Source: Hydrolagus affinis
Taxonomy: Eukaryota
NCBI GenBank assembly: GCA_012026655.1
Contig: JAAILG010001349.1
Span: forward strand, 1 to 64,000
Length of the DNA stretch: 64,000 bases
Reading direction: 5' to 3'
Of the stretch, positions 1 through 10,387 are shown piece after piece (within the stretch, counting starts at the first letter, position 1; each line of letters begins with the position of its first letter). The position numbers and the translations under genes are program-made. The notes beneath the pieces are model-generated. The model made no database searches. It was not told the DNA's origin and saw only the letters and a list, made by a program, of their open reading frames with translations.

Positions 1-325
1 CCTTCCAACCTCCTCCCTCCTTATATATGAAAGTGTTGGCTGCGAACTCGATTTAAAGTAACATATGGCATTAAAAGGAGCACAGCTGGAGGTAGCATTT
101 CCATTGCCAGTGATGTCAGAGCAGCTGACTCTCCAGCTTGTCCCTGTAGTTAGAAAACGCAGCTCCCTCCTGCTTGCCTTCTGATTTTTTTTAAAAAAAT
201 GTTTGCAACACATTACCCAGGATCGGTCTCTGCAATATTTTTCTCTCCTTCTTCCCCTCCCGTGGATATTTATTCGCTGGGTATCTGAAACAGAAACCTC
301 GAGAGTATTCACGTATATATATATT

Positions 326-707
326 TGTGTGTGTGTGTGTGTTGAGGGGAGAAGAGAGGAGAGGGGGCGCCACAGACAACCCCAAAAGTGTGTGTGTGTC
401 TGTGTGTGGTTGGTTGAGGAGGGGGGTGGGAGCAGGAAAAAGGGGGTGCAAACTTGCTTTGTGGTTAGGATCGCTTGTGGACAAGGTAAAAAAAACATTG
501 TGTGTGTGTGTGTGTGTGTGTATTTGTAGCAATAGTGGAATGACCAACCCGATGTTTTGTGATGTGAGGTGTTTTTAAGTTTGGTTACTTGGGAAACTTA
601 ATTGCTTTAAATGATCGTTGCTTAATTTGCTTAATTGATTATATTTTCATGACAGCTGCCGTGTATATGTTTCTGTGTGTGTGTATGTCTGTGTGTGTGT
701 GTGTGTG
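326..707. repeat. Cluster of (GT)n microsatellites in the ZBTB42 5' region
   Basis: TG tracts near 326-341, 388-408, 499-520 and 675-707. Confidence 0.9.
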
Positions 708-1198
708 TTCGGATGCCAAACTGCACAAACGCTGTATAGGTGCTCTCATTACAATTCCGTGCAAATGTTTTTAAAAAAAATTAAGTTTGTTGGAATTTTT
801 CCCTCCACTCACCTTCTTCTCTCCCTCGTCTTCTTCTTCTTCTTCCACTCCCCTCCTCCCACTCTCCACACACTCACCCACCCACCCATTCCCTTCTGGG
901 TTGAGGACTTAAAATAAATTGAGGGTTGCATAATCTATTGAAACTTTTTTTAATTATTAAAAAAAACAACTTTTTGGATGTCCCAGTTTTTAACGTATAA
1001 TTGTTTTTATATTAAAACGAAAAACTAGGCTGGGGTGTCTTTCTTTCTTTCGCTCTTGTTTTTTCTCCAAAATGTCCATTAGGTTTTGGTGTGTGATTTA
1101 AAAAAAAAAAAAATATTTTATCTGTTGTCCTCCCGACATGAAAGGCAATCCATAAATGTAATGTTGTTGTTGTTGCTGCTGCAGGTTATGAAGGAAGA

Positions 1199-2635
1199 AT
1201 GGAGTTTCCAGACCATAGCAGGCAGTTACTGCAGTGTCTGAGTCAGCAGCGTCACCAAGGTTTTCTCTGTGACTGTACTATTCTCGTTGGAGACACTCAG
1301 TTCAGAGCCCATCGAGCAGTGCTCGCTTCATGTAGCATGTACTTCCATCTATTCTACAGGGACCAGCTGGACAAAAGAGACATTGTGCATTTGAACAGCG
1401 ACATTGTCACAGCTCCTGCCTTCAGCCTGCTTCTTGAATTCATGTATGAGGGGAAACTTCAGTTCAGCAATCTACCAGTCGAAGATGTGCTTGCTGCGGC
1501 CAGCTACCTCCATATGTACGACATTGTCAAAGTCTGCAAGGGGAAACTCAAAGATAAAGAGCTGTGCCCAGACGAGAAAAGTAACGGCGACGCTTTTGGG
1601 TCTGTAAAGGAAGAGGGTTCTTCAGAAAGTGAACAGCCACTGGTAAATAATGATCTGGACGCAAACGCTAAACAAAATTGTACTGTGGCAGACCACAAAA
1701 CAAATGCAGGCGATGATGGGAAGATTAATGGACACTCTAGGAGCTTTTCTGATCATGGAGACAACGGTCCTTCATCTACAAAACCAGAACCGTGCAATGC
1801 AGCAGCTGGAAAAACAAAGTGTAGTGTCAGTCCTTGCACAGGGCCTTTGTCTCAGAGATCTGTTCACCCTATCGAGACTTCAGCCGATGGGGACTGTGCT
1901 CTAGATCTGTCTTTCAAGTCTGTATCTGGACGAGATTTCTTTTACTCCCCCTACGTTTCTGGACAGCTGGCCTCTGACAGCCAGCAGCAGGGCAGCGGGC
2001 CACTTGTTGGCGACGAACAAGAATTGCCATCAGACCACGAGGAGAGCGAGGAGATGGGTCCGGCAAATCATGCTGGGAATCCTGCCAGCGCCGTGGCGGC
2101 GAGTGTCGGCCCCGCGTTCGCAGGGAATGGCGTCGTGACGCACGCCGAGGGAGTCAAACGGGAAGGGGGAGGGTGCGAGGGTGACACGGCGTCGTCAGAT
2201 GTTTCCAACAACACCAGAATGGTCATGTCCACCGGGCACATCTTTGTGTGCCCCCTCTGCAGCAAAGGCTTCCCGAGTCCCCACGTCCTTCAGCTTCACT
2301 TGAGCACTCACTTCAGGGAGAAAGACGGCCCTCGGGTCAAAATGCCGACTGACGGCTCAGTGCCCACCTGTTCGCAGTGTGGGAAAACCTTTTCCTGCAT
2401 GTACACGCTAAAGCGTCACGAACGAACTCACTCAGGTGAGAAGCCTTACACCTGTGGCCAGTGCGGCAAGAGCTTTCAGTACTCTCACAATCTCAGCCGT
2501 CACGCAGTTGTGCACACGCGGGAGAAACCTCACGCCTGCAAGTGGTGTGAGAGGCGATTCACCCAGTCAGGGGATCTGTACAGACACATCCGCAAGTTCC
2601 ACTGTGGTCTTGTAAAGAGCGTTGCCATCAGATAA
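1199..2635 (+). CDS. ZBTB42: Zinc finger and BTB domain-containing protein 42 (ZBTB18/RP58 paralogue), main coding exon, 478 aa
   Basis: ORF starts [26 protein letters not shown] (BTB of the ZBTB18/42 type). It has an ALDLS CtBP-type motif (1898-1912) and four C2H2 fingers with SGEKPY/TREKPH linkers. It ends [11 protein letters not shown], like the short ZBTB42 tail rather than the long ZBTB18 tail. Synteny with CEP170B and PLD4 agrees. Splice acceptor cag|G at 1184/1185. Confidence 0.9.
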   Translation: MEFPDHSRQLLQCLSQQRHQGFLCDCTILVGDTQFRAHRAVLASCSMYFHLFYRDQLDKRDIVHLNSDIVTAPAFSLLLEFMYEGKLQFSNLPVEDVLAAASYLHMYDIVKVCKGKLKDKELCPDEKSNGDAFGSVKEEGSSESEQPLVNNDLDANAKQNCTVADHKTNAGDDGKINGHSRSFSDHGDNGPSSTKPEPCNAAAGKTKCSVSPCTGPLSQRSVHPIETSADGDCALDLSFKSVSGRDFFYSPYVSGQLASDSQQQGSGPLVGDEQELPSDHEESEEMGPANHAGNPASAVAASVGPAFAGNGVVTHAEGVKREGGGCEGDTASSDVSNNTRMVMSTGHIFVCPLCSKGFPSPHVLQLHLSTHFREKDGPRVKMPTDGSVPTCSQCGKTFSCMYTLKRHERTHSGEKPYTCGQCGKSFQYSHNLSRHAVVHTREKPHACKWCERRFTQSGDLYRHIRKFHCGLVKSVAIR

Positions 2636-5600
2636 TGTTTATATTGTTGTTGTTATTATAAAAAAAGGAAAATCCCCCCGAAAATTCATGTACATTATTG
2701 AAAACCACGCATGGTAAATGTATAAAGAAACCAATTCCTTCACCGCATGGCTTTCTTTCACAAAATGTTCGTGCGGAGAAAGGCGTTCTGCTATCGATAC
2801 TTGTCTTTTTAAACTTGTTCTTAAAGCTGCAGTACTTTTAGGAAACGTTGTAGCATTTTAGTACAACCAGTACTAGATTTTTCTTATTTTTATCTTAAGT
2901 GCAACAACAACAACAAAATTACATTTATAGAGCGCCCTTCACGTCGGGAGGAGTCCAGAAGTGTCACGAGTGATGATTTTTGTTTAGTTTTTTTTTGCAT
3001 TAAACCCTCCCCCTTTCTATTCTTCACTCTTGAAATTTCAGAAATCTTTTCACACTAGATTAATTTTTTTTCCACCCCAATATGGCACAAATGGTAGCAG
3101 GACTTATTTTTTCCTTTCCCAGTTTATCATCAATCGACCCACTAAATTCAGCGATTTAAATCTAAATTCCAAAACGTTTGGTAGACAGTTTGCCAAAGGG
3201 AAATGCTTGTTTGCTACATACTGTCGCCCTAGCAGCCAACAGACGCTAGTTAATACCTGAGCAAATAATCTTATACCTTCCTGAAATGCAACTTTACTGT
3301 ACATGGGTACACTTTGACAATATGACCTTTCATTTGTAATTGACTTAATACCATGGACTACAATGAGAATCAAATCAATTGTGGTATTTTACTATACAGT
3401 ACTGCAGCTTTAATCTGGTGAGTTTGGGGTACTGTAGTCTTATTTACTGAAGGAATTCAGTTCTGGAGTGTTGTGGTATCCTTGGTGTTTTGCTGTGATT
3501 TGAATATAGCACTAAGAACAACTACTAAATGTTGTATTGCTTTTTCCTGATGAAACTTGATATGTATTTATAGGACTTTGATGTTTGGGATGCAGTGTTT
3601 TTTTTTTTGTTTTGGTTGAATGCTGTCTTTCGAAAACTGAAGTAAAATTTTGTTGGGGCTGTATTTTTTCAAGCAAAATAGTCCCTTTTTAAAAGAAGAC
3701 CTTGATGCAGTAAGTGTGAAATCTTACGAAACGTTTGAGTTCTCTTGCAACTTGTGATCGCCTCCAACAACAGCAATTACTACTGATTTACATTATTTAG
3801 TTTTGTCAATGAAGTGCATAAATCTTACTGATATTCTCTGGAAAAAATGCTGGTGTTTATCACTGTTAATGTGAATTATTTTTCAGTAACATGGGTATCG
3901 CTGAATCATACCAGAATTAAAACAAAAAGCAAAAAGGTTTTGAAGAAGTAAAATGTGAATTCAATTCCTTTTTCAATTTGAAGATATCTATTAAAATGGT
4001 GTTGCACACTTAAAGAAATGTTTATGTTGCACTCTTGTGTTCTCTTGAAGTTTGTTTTATTTTAAAAATCAGTTAACCATAACTGCTTTATTTTTGTTTT
4101 AAAAGCAGTTTAAAGAAAAGATTTAAAAACTGGAAATGTCATCTAATCTAAAATTGAAAACAGGTAAGTGTTGTGAAAATTTTGTATAATCCCAAAAAAA
4201 TTATTTATAGTTTTTTGATCTTTACTACAGAGTTGCTGTGTATAATTCAGACCTTTGAAATTTATTAATGGAGAGTTTTATAGTGAGAATGTAGAAGAGG
4301 CGTTAGAAATGGAGTATACTTTTTTTTTACAAAACTTCTATTGCATTTTTATAGGAAAATGTTTTCATGGTTAAATTTTAACAGTAATGTTCTGTATAGA
4401 CTATAGAGGACAATCGGAAAGTGAAGGGTGATTTTGATTAAACTCCTTAGCGCTTATTCAGCAAGAAGTCTCTGTGAATTTTGTGTTTAATTATTTTTTT
4501 TGCCACTGTTCAGTGTGTTAAACTGTGACAATCGTGAGTAGGGCTTACTTTTTTTTAGTTTTAGCAGAATTTAAACAAAATTCAATTGTATTAAGAACCT
4601 AACTTTGCAGACTTATGTATTTTTGTTTATGGCAGAGTCTAAATACTTGTACATTTTGTGAATATGTGCCTTCATATATTACCTCATTCAGTGAATTGAA
4701 TCGCCAGTGCAATGGTGTGGCACTGTTGCAACCTGTTATGAAAATTGAGCAACAATTCTTATCATTAAAAGAACTGACATTAAATTGTGCGTCTTTTTTA
4801 TTGTAGAAATGGTGGTAGATTAATAAAGCTGGGGCATAAATTGATTGTGGGATGGTTAGTGCAGTAACTAGAATCTTGAAATGCAATTGTGATGCAGAAA
4901 TAAGTTTATGATCTTGAATCTATATTGTCCTTTCTTTTGAAAGGGGAATTGAGAAATTTTCAAACTGTACAACTTTTTAAATGATGGAGGGCTATGGTTT
5001 CATTCTGTTAACGTTTCAATGTACAGTATTTAAATCCTCTGCAGAATAAATCTAGGAGGTGGATGGTGGTGCTTTCTTGTTACTTAAAAATATGCAAGAG
5101 CCATAGAATTAATATAATGTAGGTTTTTCAAACTAAAATCGGTACTAATATCACTTGTTGCAGTGCTGTACTTTGCTTATGGTATGGCTGTTGCTCTGGT
5201 TTGCCAGGGGGTTATTTTGGTGGTGGGTGCAGTTTGAAAGGACTTTGAATATAATAGACCATCTAGACAAGGCTGTCGTTGGATGCCAATGGAGAAGCAT
5301 GTTGCTAGGGCAGTATTGTAAATGCTGATATGATTTCTTTATTCATTGAGGGAGACTCATTAAGTCAGCATTGTTGTGCAAAGTCACTGCACTAACAATG
5401 CTCATAGAATCAACTGAAAATATTTACATGAAACTTAATCCATCTGCTATTTTAAGTGGTTCTGTTTATACTGCATGGCTTTCTTGATAATCTGTGTACT
5501 CTGTAGATTGTGCATTTTGACAGTGCATCCTTACCAAATTGTTCATTTCGTATGTACTGACATAAGTTAGTAAACTCAAGAAGGTGACAAAACTTTGGCC

Positions 5601-8600
5601 CATCCGACATCCACAAAAGCATGCAAGTTGTTGCCATTTTGTGACAAGTTCATTCTACTCCATTATAATTTGCAGCAGGAAGAGAAAGTCAGGATTATTT
5701 AACTTTTTCATAGCACACGTAATTATTTACTACTTTGCCATCCACCAAAAATGTGCATGTTGCAAAAGACATTGGATTGTTTAGTTATTGACATATGATT
5801 AATAATCAACATGGGTCTCAAGGGTAAGAAGATTGTTCATATTTCATGTTTATAAAGGGAATGCTGTGCCTTTTTAGAGATTTTTTTTAGACATTAACAA
5901 GTAGAACTCTCCATAATTAATGTAATGCACTGTTGAAATTGTGACCTTTTATATGCCTTTTGTGATCAGAGGAAAGATGTTGATCAGATTTAATGCTGTG
6001 CATTTTCTTCCCTTGTATCAACTTTCTAGGCAGGTAACTTGCTTCCAACTAACATCACTCTTGAATTCATTGCTAGGTCATCTGGGAATTTATTTTTATT
6101 TTTTTCCCCCCTGCTTTCTAGCAGCTATGTTGCACCACTGGATTGCTATTGAGATTCAGTCTGTGAACTGTCTAAGCTAGATGTATCCTGAAGTACACCA
6201 CAATTTTGTTTCATAAGATGAAATATTACATGTGATGGTTTTGAAACACTACATAAGCACCTACTCCAATTCCTCTTGTTCAATTGAAAGTCCATATTTG
6301 CTTGTCATTTGGTTACTGCTTCATTCCAGATTATCACTAAAATGTGTACACTTTATTTTTTATAGATTAAAAAAAGAACACTTCTGATTCATTTACACAA
6401 AGTGCCTAATTGTAATGTTTTGCAAAGAGCACCATTACTACATTTTGTAATGTTCAGAACTCAGCAATTGTAAGCATAGGCTTTAGGAATATTTTCCAAA
6501 TAAGTGTTCACTTCAGTTTGCAATCGACTAATGGATAATTATTCAGAAACGGACAATGTGGACCAGTGTGTGTTATTGGTTGTTGAAGGTATGACTTGTA
6601 TTCTGATGACATACTGTTGACTGGAACTAATGAGTTCCACCCTTTATTGTATCTTACCAAAGGCACAAGTGTTTTCTTGTCTTGCTTTATTTACTGTAAT
6701 TAACATCTAATTTCTGCCTTAACTGTTACATTTGAATACATAAATTTTCATGCTCATCCTCTTCTCGTAATTTATCTGAAGTGAATATTGTTTCCTACAT
6801 TGGAGTATCATTTATCTGAAAAGCCACCATGTTCAAAATGTAAAGATATACAATATCTTACTAATTCAACTAACTTAGCTGTAAGAAACTGCAGTAATGG
6901 TGTTTCATCTAATGTATCACTTGTACTGCCCAATAACTGGAAGGGACCTGAATTACTAATGAGTAGTTAGTAGCTCAATAAATAAATTTATAACTAAATT
7001 TGTTTCTCTTTTCCAGGACATTCGTGTGTACAATTCGTTGTAGTTTTGGTCACAAAAAGTACAAAATAAGGTTGTTGTACTTTACTAAAAATAATGGTAA
7101 GTTCAGAAGTACAGCGTGTTGTGTCCTGAAGAATTGAAGTCTGATATGATTTAGATACTTCATCCCATGTAGTTGCACTTTTATGATCATCTCCATGTGA
7201 CTGCTAGTTAGTGGACGTCCTCCCGACACGAAAAGTGCCATACAAATGTAATTTTGTTCTCGTCGTCGTCAATATCTCTTCCAAAGATTGGCCGACTTAG
7301 TTTGGAATCTAACATCGAGCACGTGTCAAGATTGATGTTTGCGAAATGCGATGCATCTAACCTGAATATACAGTACAACTTGTGCTGATGCTTGACTGCC
7401 TCAGTATATATTACTGCCCTACTGTCGTTTGCCCAACCTCCCAGCTAAAGACTGAGGAAGCCAAGAAATGAACGTCCTGCCTGCTGCTGTTGCTGCTGCA
7501 GAGCACTATGAATGGTGGCCATGGAGACCTGTGTGACCCAGATTCTTCTCGAGGAAGGAAGCCAATATCCAGCTGGGGGAGTACTGAGAACAGCGCTATG
7601 GGGCAAATTCAAAACAAACCAAAAAAAAACTGAACAAGTCATCTCGATACTTTTGAGTAACGTTTTTTTTTAAATTGAAACACAAAACTTTGGAAGTTTT
7701 TTTTTCAAAGTTTTATGGGAGGATCAGGTACGCAGAATACTAAGCACCTATTGTCCAGTATGTTGTCAGTACTAATTGTATGATTTCAAGCCTGCAGTCC
7801 ACCTAACCTCAAGGTACAACAGTGCCATCTACTGATCACTTCAAAAGAGTTTTTTTTTTATTTATACAGTATATGAAATGCAAGGGGTTATTTCTTTAAT
7901 CAAAGCAATTGTACGGAATCCTATGGTTTTATGGTTAAGATGTGTGTGACTGTTATTTTATCATTCAACTTTGTTTCAAAATGATAATCTTAGTTTTGAG
8001 GACTGTTGAATACTTGCCAACCACTGACTCTCATTCATGTGTATCTATTTGGGAAAAGGGCCTGATATTTTCTGATGGTCTTAGAGCTTAGAATATCAAA
8101 TTGTTTTAATTGGAGAGTTGATCATAGTGTAGCATTTATCTTTTGGTGACCATAGACTGGGTAAAGTAATTAAAATTTCCCCTCTTATTTTTCTTTGTAA
8201 TAGTTTGCATTCATAACTTTCTGCGAGATCGCTCCCAGGTTCCTTGCTACATTTTGTCGGATGTGTCATTCTGAGGATAGTTCCATAATTACTGGATCAA
8301 AAGAGATGAGCTTCAGCAATGTAGGAAAAGGTTGTGTTCTCCTCTCGCTGTGTCTGTCTGCCTCTCGCTCCGCTCTCTGCTGGTGTGTTTCTTTCTTTTG
8401 CCAAGACAAGGCAGCAGTTGTCTTAAAAGCTGCTGTCAATGTCACTCTGCAATTGGCTGACAGTGAGCACTTGTGTGGAACGTTCAAAGTCCTGCCAGTA
8501 TTTGCTGCCCCCGAGATGGGAGGCAGTTTCCTCGCAGTGCTCCATCTGTCAGTTCAGCTGAGACCAGTCACACAACCTCTCCCAGCAAAGATGTGCTTTT

Positions 8601-10050
8601 CTGTGCTTGTGGAGTTGACTTGGGGGTTTCTGACTGGTAGTCCAAGATTTAAACTATCGCGCTGTATCAATAATAAGTAGCATGCCCTATAAAGGCTGAT
8701 TGTTGCAAAATCCTTTCTATTTACACATCTTTACTCACCATCTACCTGATATCAATTGCAGAGAAAATACTTATTCTTCCCCAGGAATCTGATATTCTTT
8801 TGGGGGGAAGTCAAGCCATGAATTCCATTGATTCTAGTCAGTTAGGCATTATAAAATTGGGGACCCCAGTGCAACAATTTGCATTTATGTAACACCCCTC
8901 ACACAGTGTAGTGTCCCAGAGCACTTTGTGTATACAGTAATATAGATACCAACCCAAGCGTATCTCATTTTCTACTTTTATTTACAAGTTTTCTTACATA
9001 GTCCAAATTATATAGTCCAAAGTAATATGTTCACAATTATTTACTTATGTGTTTTATTTGTGGGACACCGTTGTGCGCAAATGGCTGCTGCATTTCGTCC
9101 AGTCAATTATATATACAGTCAATTCACTTTACAGTATATCCTGTGAAACGCTTTGAGACATCTAGAAGATGTGAAAAGCATTATATCAAAATGCAAGGAT
9201 TATTATTATTCTATCAAAATGCAAGTATTATTATCTACATTGCCTATTGGGTGTGGATCCTGGGAGGACTACTTGTTGTCTGAGGATAAAATATATTGCT
9301 GGCATTCAGAAATGCCATGTAATATTTAAGGGTATAACATCGTTTACAGGAAGAAAGCCCTCAATGGTGATGCTTCTCTTTCACAATCCTATATGAATTT
9401 TTCATAAAAGCAAATTGTCCTCCTTGTTTGAAATTTTTAAAATTTGAAAAATTTGTGTGCTTGATGTAATGCAGATAAGCTTCGCAGTTTTGCATATTTT
9501 TTACTGTTTAACACAAATTGAACATCTTGGCTATCCAGTCAAAAGTGCTAACTACATTGTTTATCACCTATTTCTCCATAGCCCATAGATATATGTGGTC
9601 AGACTTTCAGAGTCTTCTAATGGCTAGTCAGTGGGATTCTTAAGAGTGAATGCAATTATTGTTCCCTGTCAGAAGCTAATTGTAACAGTGTGTCCTCATT
9701 GTATTGTACGTTAAGTAATTGCAGTATTTAGTATTTTTAAGCAGTGGCTTTAAGGAATCCTGTTAAGAAAATAATGTATCGTAAATTAGACCTTGTAATA
9801 TTGAAGTTTCCAGCAGCTTGAGTATTTCAGTGAAGGCTCTTTGAAGGTCATAGTAGAGTAGAAGGAAGTGGTTTACCAAATTCTCAACCACCAAATGATA
9901 TCAAAGTATATAACCCACAAGATCATAGAAAAGTTACTTGTAAATATTAATTTGCATTTAAACAATGTCAGGTCACTGTCTGTACAAATAAAAATTAGAA
10001 GACAAATCAAGGTACTTTAAAATCACAAAGCCTTCAAGCTGATAAGAGGT

Positions 10051-10387
10051 AATAATAATAATAATCTTTGCATTTGATATAGCGCTTTTCACATCTTATC
10101 GACGTCCCAAAGCGCTTCACAGAATATACTGTAAAGTGAATTGACTGTATATTTGTGGGCGAATCGTGTTAGCCAATTGCGCACAGCAGTGTCCCATAAA
10201 CAATCGTGGATTGAAATGACCAATTTTATTATTGTGGGTTTTTTGGAGGGTTTATTATTAGGAGCGTGGAGTAAGGAAACTTGCCCAAGGTTTCACCCTG
10301 ACCTGCCTGGATTCGAACACAGATCTCCCCAGCTTGTTCTCCCCAGCTTGCAAGACAAATGCTCTAACCACTAGGCCACAGGAGCTC
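10051..10387 (-). mobile_element. tRNA-derived SINE, near-complete copy with (TTA)n tail
   Basis: Minus-strand head has A-box TGGCCTAGTGG and B-box GTTCGAATCC. The body is shared with more than 10 copies in the window (near 9055, 13757, 25270, 29420, 32483, 34470, 39290, 42865, 51272, 56047, 56785). Confidence 0.85.

Noticed and set aside
19-30. Possible CArG (SRF) box CCTTATATAT
   Set aside because: It lacks the terminal GG of CC(A/T)6GG.
191-917. Overlapping ORFs of 60-118 aa rich in CV/HT repeats
   Set aside because: They are translations of (GT)n microsatellites; several have non-ATG starts and none has a recognisable domain.
8261-8680. 139-aa ORF as a novel small gene
   Set aside because: No recognisable domain or exon context; better explained as a regulatory island.
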